Positions 10,297 through 21,500 of a stretch of DNA of 64,000 nt are shown in pieces. Origin of the DNA: Thermoplasmatales archaeon (GTDB taxonomy: Archaea; Thermoplasmatota; Thermoplasmata; Thermoplasmatales; Thermoplasmataceae). Both the position numbers and the translations under genes were made by a program. Within the stretch, counting starts at the first letter, position 1. Each line of letters begins with the position of its first letter. Where the stretch lies: NCBI GenBank assembly GCA_027310185.1, contig DAIDBH010000018.1, positions 224,001 to 288,000 of the forward strand. Reading direction: 5' to 3'. A model generated the notes under the pieces. The model worked only from the letters and a program-made list of their open reading frames with translations. It was not told where the DNA came from and did not search any database.

Positions 10297-12552
10297 ATGG
10301 AAAACAGCAATGGGAAAAAATCGAGGAAAGTGCCTTCAGTATACTGGAGGAGACTCTACAGACAATTTAAAGTATTCTATCACAGCTCTTATGGAAAGGT
10401 AGGGTTCTTCATACTGCTTGCATTTGCAGTAATTACTCTTGTTACTCCTTTCGTTGTGGCTAATCCTAATTATACCTACATAGCTCCTGAGGTTGATACC
10501 CACGTAGCCTGTGAGATAACACAGACAAACCTCAGAAATATAGCTGGTAACAACTCAGTTTCGAAGATATACTCTCCAATGTCAAGTGTATTACAAAACG
10601 AGGGGACATCTGCGATTTATGTAGGAACGAGCAACGGTAAGATATATGCATATGGTCTCGGTGCAAATTCAGCTTTAAAGCTTGGGCAGTTAGAGGAGGT
10701 TTATAATTCACACATAAGTAAAAATGAAGTAATGTACCAGCCTACAATGTTTTCACTCATTAATTGCGCTGAGTTGACAGTCGGTCAGGCTCAGTTCGAG
10801 AGGTTTGTGGCCTTACCAATACAAAACGGAACAAGTGGATATGTAAACATTGGAACAATTTCCTACGTGTTCGATGGTTATACAAGCCCAACGTACAGTT
10901 CTGTAACATCTTTTGATTACAATGGAACACTTCAAGGGAACATAACTTCAAACTCAGCTCCATTTACAGGCACCGTATCAACAAGTATACCATCATTCTA
11001 TTACGAGAATTTAAGTCAATCACCAAGTGGACAGATTTACCTTGTCTCGCACAACCTGACAGGAAATTATCTGTATAGGTATCAGATTTCCCCGTCAGAA
11101 TTAATAAGTGTTGAGAAATTGAACATGAAGAGTGTGAAGGATATATCCTATTACGGCTCATCATTTACCCCGTCCTTGTTCGATTCCAATGCACTGATTT
11201 TGGTTTGGAACAACACATCTGTTAATGCCTATTCAGCAAACAAAGGAAATCTTGTCTGGTCAAAGTATATCGGTTCCACCTTTAATTCTAGGGTAGGTCC
11301 AGTAATACCAAAATTTTATCAGACGAGTTACTCAACAAACAATTCAGCATACTACCTGAGTGGGGGAAAAGTGGAAAGGATCAACCTGGACACAGGATTC
11401 AATCAAACAGTTGTAAGCTTGAAAACCACACTAATCGGCTTATCTGTAACTCCTGGGCACTCTGGTCTTCCAAGTGATATTATTGCAACATCAAGATCTA
11501 ATTCCACTGTTCTGACATTCAACGGAACAGGTGCAGTCAGAATAAAGTCAGCAGCATTTCCTATTGATACAGGCTCATTCACAGCAACAGCAACCTACGA
11601 TAGCGTAGCAAATTCACTTATCCTGGTTTCAAACAAAGGCTCAATACTCTCATTCAGCTTGACATCAGGCTCCAGATTTCCATATTCGTGGACTGCAGAT
11701 CTTTCCCCAATACCTAAGAACACATCAAATGTACTCTTATTCAAAGATTCAACAACGGGAGTAGATGCAATTGCAGTTACAGGGAGCAACAATTACATCT
11801 ACGTGTACAGTGCAACTGCGAAAGAGGTAACTCCCACAGGACCCATGATTAAAACACCTTCAGGTACAAGTTTTTTGCTTGGTACAACCCAATATGGAAA
11901 TGATGTATGGGCAAGGTTCATGGAAAGCTTTGGGAACGACTGGATCTTTGGAATTTCAATAGGTTTTTTCACCATAATAATCTCTCTGGCAGTTGCGATG
12001 TATGTTGGTTATAAGGGAGGCTTTGGAGGAGAGGCTGTTGAGACATTGTCCCTTGCCCTGTTCCTTGTACCTAGTCTGGCTCTTCTGATTGCACTATCGT
12101 CTGTCATTAACGGTGCCGATTTCATAACATTGATACTTATAGTAAGTTTAACTGGATGGCCTTTCGCCGCCTTTACCCTGATAGGAGTTGTTAGAGGAGT
12201 GTCGGCGCGTTCATTTGTAGAAGCCTCAAAATTGTTTGGTTCCAAAAGTGGTTCTATCATGAGGCGTCACATAATGCCAAATATAGGACCGCTGCTGCTT
12301 TACCTTCTTGCACTTTCCATTGGAGGCGGAATAGGTGCAGTATCTGGTCTTGAGTTCCTTGGCCTTGCTCCATTAACAACCGCAACCTGGGGAGGAATGC
12401 TCAACGCTGCTTACACAGATTACTTCGTAGTTGTAACACAGCCTCAATGGATTTTGCCACCTGCTATAGCCCTAACCATGTTCATATTCTCACTGATATT
12501 TGTATCAAGAGGAATGGACGAAGTTGTAAACCCGAGACTCAGGAGGAGGTAA
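10297..12552 (+). CDS. oppC: Peptide ABC transporter permease with large extracellular beta-propeller-like insertion
   Basis: TM1, then ~460 aa S/T/N-rich beta region, then LLGTTQYGNDVW, FVEASKLFGS..RHIMPN, TWGGML, NPRLRRR. Confidence 0.92.
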   Translation: MENSNGKKSRKVPSVYWRRLYRQFKVFYHSSYGKVGFFILLAFAVITLVTPFVVANPNYTYIAPEVDTHVACEITQTNLRNIAGNNSVSKIYSPMSSVLQNEGTSAIYVGTSNGKIYAYGLGANSALKLGQLEEVYNSHISKNEVMYQPTMFSLINCAELTVGQAQFERFVALPIQNGTSGYVNIGTISYVFDGYTSPTYSSVTSFDYNGTLQGNITSNSAPFTGTVSTSIPSFYYENLSQSPSGQIYLVSHNLTGNYLYRYQISPSELISVEKLNMKSVKDISYYGSSFTPSLFDSNALILVWNNTSVNAYSANKGNLVWSKYIGSTFNSRVGPVIPKFYQTSYSTNNSAYYLSGGKVERINLDTGFNQTVVSLKTTLIGLSVTPGHSGLPSDIIATSRSNSTVLTFNGTGAVRIKSAAFPIDTGSFTATATYDSVANSLILVSNKGSILSFSLTSGSRFPYSWTADLSPIPKNTSNVLLFKDSTTGVDAIAVTGSNNYIYVYSATAKEVTPTGPMIKTPSGTSFLLGTTQYGNDVWARFMESFGNDWIFGISIGFFTIIISLAVAMYVGYKGGFGGEAVETLSLALFLVPSLALLIALSSVINGADFITLILIVSLTGWPFAAFTLIGVVRGVSARSFVEASKLFGSKSGSIMRRHIMPNIGPLLLYLLALSIGGGIGAVSGLEFLGLAPLTTATWGGMLNAAYTDYFVVVTQPQWILPPAIALTMFIFSLIFVSRGMDEVVNPRLRRR

Positions 12553-12553
12553 A

Positions 12554-15055
12554 ATGTTAGAAGAGGAAATCACCAATTCAAAGACACTGATAAAGATAGA
12601 TGATCTATCAGTTCATTTCAGGACATTCGAAGGAAGAGTACAGGCTCTGGACGGGATCAACCTTGATCTGAATGAAGGAGAAATACTTGGGATCATAGGA
12701 GAAAGCGGTTCAGGAAAATCTACCACGGCACTATCTTTGCTTGGGCTACTTCCAGATAATGCTGAAATAACAGGGTCAGTTGTATATATAGACAAGGATA
12801 TAATAAATTCTAACGACACCGTGTCAGATAAAAAGATGGGGATAAAAGCTAGAAGAATGCTGGATCAGCGTCTGGCAGAAATCAGGTGGAAAGAAATTTC
12901 TATGATATTTCAGGGAGCTATGAACGCTTTTAACCCAGTTCATACCATAAGGAACCAGATCAAAGAAGTATTTGAAATACACAACACATTTTCTGACATT
13001 TCTAACCTAACCGACGCGGATTTCATAGATGAAGGAAACTTGAGGGCAAGAGCCAATGAGTTGGCTCTGGAAGAGATAAAAAACAAGGAAAGTGCCGAAT
13101 TTAAGATCATTGAAGATAAAATTTACGAAGAGATGGTAGAAAAGCTGAGAAACGATCTCAGGACTATGTCTGCAAAGGATAAGAAGAGACTTCTTGAGAA
13201 TAACAGGATGGAGAGCAGTTGCAGGAAAGCCGGATTCAACACAAAGTTCCTAGATGCATATCCCCACGAATTAAGTGGTGGAATGAAGCAGAGAGGAATC
13301 ATCGCAATGGCACTTGCTCTTAATCCTAAGGTGGTTATCGCAGATGAACCAACAACTGGCTTGGATGTTATAACACAGGCAAAGATAATAAAAGAATTAA
13401 AAGGACTGAAGGACAGTAAAATTATCAAATCTATGATAGTTATATCTCACGATGTTGGTGTTGTTTCACAGCTGGCCAATTATGTTGCCGTCATGTACGC
13501 GGGGAGGGTCATGGAGTATGGAGAACCCAAGGACATCTTCGTAAATCCCAGAAATCCCTACACATACGCACTTATGCACAGTTATCCCTCTATCGATGCA
13601 ACGAAACAGAGAATTCATGGTATTCCCGGATCAGTTCCAGACTTAATAGATCCACCAAAAGGATGCTATTTTGCCAGTAGATGTTTCATGGCAGATGACA
13701 TCTGTCATAAGGAGAAACCACCTCTCAGGAGTTTGAGCCCAGATCATAGATCTCTATGTCATTTTGACGAGATAGACGAGAAAAAGTATCTCAGTGTGCA
13801 GAGGTATAGTGATGAACTGTTGCCTGACCCAGCTGCCGGTACTCAGCCAGTACTTTTAGAAGCAAAGGACCTGAGCAAATATTTCTCAGTGCATTCAAAT
13901 CTTACGACTAATCTCTTTGGCGGTGCCAACAAGCCGGTTGTACATGCTGTAGATATGGTAAATCTACTCATACGGAAGAAAGTAATAATAGGAGTAGTTG
14001 GTGAAAGTGGATCAGGAAAAACAACACTAGGCAAACTCCTTGTAAATGCAATTGAACCAACCAGTGGTAAACTTATATTCAAGTTCGATCAGGTTTCGAG
14101 CGGAAAACAGCTTGAGAACGAAGAAATACCACTCAATGTGGATCCTCAGGACAAGCAAGCTCAGGAAGAATTAGAAAGAGAAAGGGAAAGACGAAATGAT
14201 ATAGCACTAATAAGCAAGAAGAGCCAGAGATATAGCATTTACAGGAAGGAAAGCCAACTGATCTTCCAGGACCCATACGACTCAATAAACCCTAAAATGT
14301 CAATTTTCGATATTGTGGCAGAGCCGCTTCTGATACAAAGAAAGGAGATAATGGGAAGAAGAGTTCAGGGAAGTGCCAATAATAGTTCAACCGAAGAGTT
14401 CGACATCGAAAAGGAAGTACTGGGTGCTCTTGATATTGCAAATCTTAGACCTCCAGAACATTACATTGAGAGATACCCGCATGAACTTTCCGGCGGAGAA
14501 AGGCAGAGGGTTTCCATCGCACGTTCAATAACTCTTAACCCGTCTTTCCTGGTAGCAGATGAGCCTATTTCAATGCTTGATGTTTCCATCAGGGCAAATA
14601 TAATGAATCTTCTTCTAGATCTGAAGGACAAGAGGGACATATCTGTGCTTTATATTTCACATGATATAGCCTCAGCTAGATATGTTTCTGATTTCATAGT
14701 TGTGATGTATCTGGGCCAGATTGTGGAATTTGGTAAATCAGAAGAAACGATCAGGAACCCACTCCATCCATATACGAAAGCATTAATTTCAGCTGTACCA
14801 AGCCTTAACCCTGAATGGGTCAATAAGGGACTGGACATAGTAGGAGAAATTGGGAGCGCAATCAATCCACCAAAGGGATGTAGATTCTATGGGAGGTGCG
14901 TTTACCATAAGGATATTTGCAAGTCAGAGGATCCACCACTGCAGCAGACAGGATACAGATATTATAGCTGTCACTTTGCACAGGATGAACTGACAAGGGA
15001 GGAATCAATGGAAAAAGTGGAGAGTGGTGAAGAAGGAGAATACATGACGGAGTAG
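12554..15055 (+). CDS. Fused dual-domain peptide ABC ATPase (OppD-OppF)
   Basis: Two GESGSGK Walker A, two YPHELSGG signatures, two ADEP Walker B, two Cys-rich oligoHPY tails. Confidence 0.95.
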   Translation: MLEEEITNSKTLIKIDDLSVHFRTFEGRVQALDGINLDLNEGEILGIIGESGSGKSTTALSLLGLLPDNAEITGSVVYIDKDIINSNDTVSDKKMGIKARRMLDQRLAEIRWKEISMIFQGAMNAFNPVHTIRNQIKEVFEIHNTFSDISNLTDADFIDEGNLRARANELALEEIKNKESAEFKIIEDKIYEEMVEKLRNDLRTMSAKDKKRLLENNRMESSCRKAGFNTKFLDAYPHELSGGMKQRGIIAMALALNPKVVIADEPTTGLDVITQAKIIKELKGLKDSKIIKSMIVISHDVGVVSQLANYVAVMYAGRVMEYGEPKDIFVNPRNPYTYALMHSYPSIDATKQRIHGIPGSVPDLIDPPKGCYFASRCFMADDICHKEKPPLRSLSPDHRSLCHFDEIDEKKYLSVQRYSDELLPDPAAGTQPVLLEAKDLSKYFSVHSNLTTNLFGGANKPVVHAVDMVNLLIRKKVIIGVVGESGSGKTTLGKLLVNAIEPTSGKLIFKFDQVSSGKQLENEEIPLNVDPQDKQAQEELERERERRNDIALISKKSQRYSIYRKESQLIFQDPYDSINPKMSIFDIVAEPLLIQRKEIMGRRVQGSANNSSTEEFDIEKEVLGALDIANLRPPEHYIERYPHELSGGERQRVSIARSITLNPSFLVADEPISMLDVSIRANIMNLLLDLKDKRDISVLYISHDIASARYVSDFIVVMYLGQIVEFGKSEETIRNPLHPYTKALISAVPSLNPEWVNKGLDIVGEIGSAINPPKGCRFYGRCVYHKDICKSEDPPLQQTGYRYYSCHFAQDELTREESMEKVESGEEGEYMTE

Positions 15056-15058
15056 TAA

Positions 15059-15445
15059 ATGGAAAATTCTGCACCAGACGAAGAACTCAGAAGGAAGGAA
15101 AAGATACAAACAAGATTCAAACTAACAGTTCCTCCGATGGTTCTTCTTTTCATTTTATTCATATCCGGGATTGTACTCCTGCTTGCAGGTGCTCTTTCCA
15201 TAGCAAACGTTTTTCCCCTTATACTTGTAATGGTTGGCTTTGTAATCATTTTTTTCGGTGCATTTTACGATTTTGGTGCGAATAGATATGTTAACAATAT
15301 GTTTCAGTCAAAAGCTTCATTGAGAGAAAAGGACGTAGTCCAGATCAACAGAGAACAGCTAATAATGACCGTGATTTTTGTCGGCGTCGGCGGTCTCTAT
15401 ATTTTGATGGGTGTTGCACTATTCTATGTGATTGCGTTTTTCTAA
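15059..15445 (+). CDS. Small membrane protein (3 TM), last gene of the ABC operon
   Basis: Starts 3 nt after the ATPase stop; three hydrophobic segments. Confidence 0.75.
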   Translation: MENSAPDEELRRKEKIQTRFKLTVPPMVLLFILFISGIVLLLAGALSIANVFPLILVMVGFVIIFFGAFYDFGANRYVNNMFQSKASLREKDVVQINREQLIMTVIFVGVGGLYILMGVALFYVIAFF

Positions 15446-15522
15446 GGTTGTCTCAATTCCTTGTAAAACGAAGAAATTAAATTTCAACAAACGGAAATTA
15501 AAAATATGCACGACTGATCTCC

Positions 15523-18024
15523 ATGGATATGGGTAAAAAATTACTTGCCATAATCATTGTAGTATCATTCATTGTTGTTGGGTCGATGTCATACGTTTCC
15601 AATTCCCTGAATATTCTCAATCCATCCACTGGAGTATTCAGGAGTGCAAATGGAACTAACTTCACATCAGGTAATTTCATTGTTCCTGGACTTGAAAATG
15701 ATGTCAACATTACCATTGATAGCTCAGGAATTGCACATATAACTGCTAAAAACAACCATGATCTCTTCTACGCGCAGGGATATTATTCCGCATGTCAGAG
15801 ATTATTCCAGATGGAATTGCAGGCAACAGTAGCAGCAGGAAATCTCAGCAACTTCGTTGGAGCATCCGGATTACAGTCTGATTATACCATGAGGCTCATA
15901 GGTCTAACCAGGGATGCATACACTCTAGAGAGAGATCTTGAAGCAAATTACTCCAGCTATTTCAATTACATCAAGTGGTATTCTGAGGGTGTTGATGCAT
16001 ATATAAACAATACAAAATCTGTCTCAACCCATCTGGGTTTCCATCTTCTCGGGATCAAGCCATTCAAATGGACTGTATTCGACAGCCTTGTATGGCAGGA
16101 ATATATGTCATGGTCCCTTGCAACAGGATCAACAAATGTTCTGCAATCAGATCTTTTTGTAAATTCACTAGGATTTTCAAACTACAGTGAAATATGGCCA
16201 TATTATCCATACTATACGGAAAACATAACGATGATTCCTGGAAGTGGAACCGTAAATAATTTCAACCTCACTGATCAGGGAATCAGCCAATCTTATCTAT
16301 GGAAACAGGATTTCTTCCAGGAATGGGCAACGGGAATATCATCAAATCTTCTGAGCAATCTTTCTGCACTAATCAGAGATTCATGTGACAATATATCTGA
16401 CCCGTATAACCTGCCGGGATCACATCTTACAGGTTCACCAATAGGAAGCAACAGCTGGGTGATCACCTCCACGCAGTCCTCCGATGGCGATCCCATGATG
16501 GCCAACGATCCTCATCTTCCACTTCTTGCCCCCTCACTCTGGATAGAATTTCAGCTGAAGGATCCTGCATTTAATACAACTGGCTGGGGACTTGCAGGAT
16601 TGCCAGGTATACTAATAGGTCACACAGGAAATACTTCCTTTGGATTAACAACACCTGAGGGAAACTCTGCCAATGATTATGTAGAATTCCTGAAAGGAGA
16701 TACCTATCTTTACAATGGTACATACATCCCTATGGAAACTTGCAGCTACACGCAGGCAGGAATTGATTATAAAATATATATTACAAATAATGGTCCGCTA
16801 ATAGGAAGGATCGGCAACATAGGAATAAGTATGAACTGGGATGCCAGCTCACCAAGTACTGACCTGATTGCAGAGATTTTACTGGACCAGGCATCAAACT
16901 ACTCCCAGATGATGAATGCATTGAAATACTGGGGACCTGCACCACCCCAGAATTTTGCACTCGTTTCATTGCATCATGCAGGGTACATCACCGCTGGAGG
17001 ATATCCCCTAATAAAAGAAACGTTACCAGACGGCAAAACACTGAAAGTTGTTGGTTCAGTATCACTTCTTAACGGGTCAGACCCTCAGTACAGAGAAACG
17101 GGTTATGTACCATTCAACTACCTACCACAGGAAGTCAATCCAGAAAGGGGATACATGTTCGCTCCGAACCAGCCAACTGTGGGCAAGAACTATCCATTCC
17201 CGTTCGTTGGTTCATACTGGTCTACAGGAGGAAGGGCCGAAACAATAGATCACTATCTTCAGAATCACACTAAAATGACCATTTCCAATATGATGGCACT
17301 TCAATCTAATGTTACCGATTACTGGGCGTCACAGTTCAATCCAATTATCTTGAAGGCCATTTCTGGAATGAAATCAATGAACAGTACAGAAGAAGAAGCT
17401 TACAACCTTCTTTCCAGCTGGAATTATTCTTTCTATGAGCCAATGAAGAATCCTACAGTATACCAGTATGTGACTGCTGCCTTCTATAACATTACATATG
17501 ACAGGGTACTGAAGGAAAAGGGTATCTACAATTACACACCATGCGTATACATAAACACCGCAATATTCATGGCAAGAAACGATCCATCATCAACATGGTT
17601 CAACGGGAACTTCACCCTGACCATGCAGAAAGCCTTTGTGATCGCAGTTGCCTTCATGGATGCAAAACTCGGTCCTGAGAAGAACTGGGACTGGGGTAAC
17701 ATACACAAACTTGAGATCGCAAGCCTGACAGGAATAAGCTCTCTTGGCATAGGACCGATGCCAATATGGGGTGGGAGGCATACCGTTAGCGTGGGTAGCA
17801 TACCAAGACTGCTTGAATATCCCCTTCCATGCGTTTCCATAGGTTCATCACTCAGAACTATCGCAAGACCAGGATCTGGAACTTTTTACGGCGTGTTTCC
17901 AGGAGGTCCCAGTGAGAATATCCTGAGCCACTGGTTCGATAACCAGCTTCCTAAATGGCTGGATCATGAATATTATCCAATGCAGGGCTTACCTGTGGAG
18001 GTGAGGATAACTTATGAACCTTAA
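15523..18024 (+). CDS. Penicillin acylase family protein (peptidase S45, Ntn hydrolase), secreted or membrane-anchored
   Basis: N-terminal hydrophobic segment, GIAHI.A....LFYAQGY..QRLFQM, GSNSWVI (nucleophile Ser 16447), MANDPHL, WDWGNIH, PGGPSE. Confidence 0.93.
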   Translation: MDMGKKLLAIIIVVSFIVVGSMSYVSNSLNILNPSTGVFRSANGTNFTSGNFIVPGLENDVNITIDSSGIAHITAKNNHDLFYAQGYYSACQRLFQMELQATVAAGNLSNFVGASGLQSDYTMRLIGLTRDAYTLERDLEANYSSYFNYIKWYSEGVDAYINNTKSVSTHLGFHLLGIKPFKWTVFDSLVWQEYMSWSLATGSTNVLQSDLFVNSLGFSNYSEIWPYYPYYTENITMIPGSGTVNNFNLTDQGISQSYLWKQDFFQEWATGISSNLLSNLSALIRDSCDNISDPYNLPGSHLTGSPIGSNSWVITSTQSSDGDPMMANDPHLPLLAPSLWIEFQLKDPAFNTTGWGLAGLPGILIGHTGNTSFGLTTPEGNSANDYVEFLKGDTYLYNGTYIPMETCSYTQAGIDYKIYITNNGPLIGRIGNIGISMNWDASSPSTDLIAEILLDQASNYSQMMNALKYWGPAPPQNFALVSLHHAGYITAGGYPLIKETLPDGKTLKVVGSVSLLNGSDPQYRETGYVPFNYLPQEVNPERGYMFAPNQPTVGKNYPFPFVGSYWSTGGRAETIDHYLQNHTKMTISNMMALQSNVTDYWASQFNPIILKAISGMKSMNSTEEEAYNLLSSWNYSFYEPMKNPTVYQYVTAAFYNITYDRVLKEKGIYNYTPCVYINTAIFMARNDPSSTWFNGNFTLTMQKAFVIAVAFMDAKLGPEKNWDWGNIHKLEIASLTGISSLGIGPMPIWGGRHTVSVGSIPRLLEYPLPCVSIGSSLRTIARPGSGTFYGVFPGGPSENILSHWFDNQLPKWLDHEYYPMQGLPVEVRITYEP

Positions 18025-18397
18025 ATTCTCCATACTGGCCGTGGCAGTCTCCGCCATCCTGTCACTCCTTGTAGCTTTTTTCCTGAAGGATGCAATTTAT
18101 GTAATAATTTCAGCGATTCCACTTGCAGTCATCAAAAAGAAGTGGGCGATCACATATGGTTTCCTGATAGGTACTCTATCATTCATGTCCGTCTATCTAC
18201 AGTATCCATTTTCAAGTTCAGTCAGGATATCGACGGTCGTAGGTTCAGTTACATCCATCCCCTCGGTTCTGGTTTTAATTCTCTACCCTCTGCTGGGTGG
18301 TATTATAGGTGGTTTTGCCGGACTTTTATGGTCATCCATATACGAGCTGTCAGGAAAAAAGGATGTTAAAAAGCTCGTAAAAGTAAAGGATGCATAG
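18014..18397 (+). CDS. Small membrane protein translationally coupled to the acylase
   Basis: Overlaps the acylase stop; four hydrophobic segments. Confidence 0.75.
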   Translation: MNLKFSILAVAVSAILSLLVAFFLKDAIYVIISAIPLAVIKKKWAITYGFLIGTLSFMSVYLQYPFSSSVRISTVVGSVTSIPSVLVLILYPLLGGIIGGFAGLLWSSIYELSGKKDVKKLVKVKDA

Positions 18398-18531
18398 CCG
18401 CACATTAAATTGGATTCTTAATTATTATAAGTCTTATTTTCTCGGTTATCTTTTTCAGTTGGAAATATTTACCATCAATGAAATTTATGCAGGTATACTA
18501 CCAATTAAATGAATGAAGTTTTTACCCGAAT

Positions 18532-21500
18532 GTGAAAAAAATTGCACTTATTACACTTATTATACTTATTGCAATTACAGCAACCATCCCTACATCAGGA
18601 TCAGGCAGACCTGAAGTTATACCATCATACGGAAATTATGCCCTAAAGGAAATGGGGTCTTATTCAAATAGCTCTGTAAAGATCGGTCTTATCGGCAATG
18701 ACACAGAATTCTTTCATTCCAACTTCAATGCCTCTTACAACAAATATCCTTTTTACATCAAAGCTAGCAACTATTACAACGCCAGTGGAATCTATTTTTC
18801 ATCTGATTCCGATAATATGTCACTTAATTTATCTTGGAATGAAAATGAAAGTTATTCCATGACGGAATCTTACTTCATGGTGTCCTTCGAGGGCCAGTCC
18901 ATCTCAGGTTGCTTCGGGTTGAAGTACAATTCGTATATTGCAGTTAAACAGGGTAAAAATGTGGATAAATTAATGAAACTGAGTCAGAACACCTTTTATA
19001 CGCTTTCCTTCACTTTCACCGGGCAAGATGTAATATTAATGGTACACAGTATGAACACTCTATATTACTCGGATTCATTTCAACCCACTTCCAGTCAAAC
19101 AGTGTCAAAAGATATCAATTTAACAATTCAGGGATATTACTACAACCTGTTTTTCGAAGAGCCAGCGTTTCAGGACAATAAACTTACTATCTATCCCTCC
19201 ATAATTAACCCGCATACGATTGAGTTGAAACATCAAGGTCTCTTTAGCCTAAAGGGGAAAAGTAAAGATTTCATATCCGATGAAGAAGCGGGTATATACT
19301 TCGTAGTCAATGGAAACAGTTCAATAGTGGAATATAACCCAAATTCAAACATGACAGGTGTGATTTACAGTTCCAGTGAGAATAATATAATCACTGCTGT
19401 TTCTGACAGAGGAGATACATACTGGCTCATAAGAAATGAAACTGATTCAGCGTATTGTGTGGAAGAACTTAACAATTCAAATCTATTCATGAATCTTAAA
19501 AAAGTTCCAGAGACTCCGTCAGGGAAGTTTGGAATCGTAATAATAAACAATGTCCTATCCTTTTATAATCAGACAGAGGTAATGGAAGCAGTCAGTGATC
19601 ATGTTGAGTTCAGATACAGTAACCGTGAAAGTTGTGGCTCAGCCATAGAGGGTATCTCCCAGTACAGAGGTACAACATATGTGTACTACAGGAATAAAAC
19701 CACCCTATCTATCCTTGATCAAGCTAATGGGAAGGTTTCCCATTTTGGCAATTTTCAGTCAATTACCAATTTCAGCCAGGAGGATGGGCAGCTAATATGT
19801 GGGATCAGTTTCAGCACTAATGCAGTGAGTTATTACTACCCGGAACTGGAAGTAATTTCAGGAAGAACCATAAACTTCATGGACAGGGATGAAGCTGGAC
19901 TTACCTATACTGGAGAGGCACTTGACATGCTTAATATTTCCACGCAAAGCCAAACCTTTTTTCAATATACCGGAAATTTATCATTTATATTCAGTGGTTC
20001 ATTCATAAGCATGTCAGGGAATTCATACTGTTTGTATCTCATTGATAATTCAAGTTCCTCAGATGTAAAAATCAAGGTTCCAGAAGATCAGTTGTTTTCC
20101 CCACTTGGATATTTCAATTTTACCATAACTGGAACATCATCCTTCACATCCAAACTTTTAATAGATGGAATCAGCAATGAAGGGATGAACAGGTCATCAT
20201 ATAATCTGAATCTTTCTTCACTGAATTCTGGAATATACAGTTATTTACTGCAGATATTAACGGCATCCCTTTACTATATAGTCCATACAGGCACAGTAAC
20301 AGTGGATAGTTCATTTCCAAATTTGACATTTTCCCGGAGCATCAAAAACGGGATATTTTCTGGGGAAGTGTTATGGTCTAAATATTCAGATTCAGCAGGT
20401 ATCACCCAAATAGTTGTGGATGGAGTCAATAACACCATAAACACTGTTAATTCAACAATATCATTCTTAATTCCACTTCATTATGCTTATAAATATCTTC
20501 AATTTGAGGTATTTTTCAGAGACACGTATAATGTAACCAGGTTTATCAAATTCAAATTAAGGTATTATGACGAGAATGGTTCAGGTGTTTTCCCTGATAT
20601 ATCTGAAAATCAGATATTCAACAGTAACAAATTATACATAACACTCCATGGAAATCCTGTTAATGTATCCCGAATCCTATTCGTTGTGAGAAATGAATCT
20701 TTCAGTAAGACACTTAACTATTCATCAGATATAACATCATTCTACCTGAATCTGGCTAACGGAGTCTACAGTATATCCACGTATGATCTATTTAGCGCAG
20801 GAAACAAGGTGTTTGAAGGAACTGTTAATTTCACTGTACTGTCAGAAAACCTGACTGTGACGGACAATAGCACAGTCAAAAGCTTTTACTCATTCTACGG
20901 TAATTCCGAAAACGATTCATTTAACTTTCATTATGCTGCCAGCATCAAAGGAATGTGGAACGTAAGAGTATATCACAATTCTGTGAAGGCCTTCACAGAG
21001 AAGGTAGGTGAGGAAAATTTATGGCTGAATTCCTCAGAAATAAAATATATATTCAGGGATAATGGCTCCTTTATATTCTACCTCAATTACAGCTCAGTCA
21101 ATAGGCATAATTATTCATCGAAGTTGGACATAGAGGTGAATAATTCCATCCCGTATTTCATAGCACCATCTTATTATTACACCAACACGTCTGTCCTCAA
21201 CTTATCAAAAGCATTCAGGTCCAATGGGAGAATAGATTACCTCATGAATGGAAACATGAGGATATTCAACGGCTCGGTCTATTTGAATCATACGGGAAAT
21301 TTCAGTTTTATATTTCACATATGGTCGAGATCAATGAATCACATCTCAAGGATCATATGGGTTAAATTCAACACATCTGCTCCTGAATACAAATTCATTG
21401 GTTTCAGCAGCAAAGTTACAAGGACATCCAATTTGAAGCTTTCAGTTGTCGCAAACGGAAAGGAACACATCTCTGGAGCTTTCCTCTTTTTTAATGGTCG

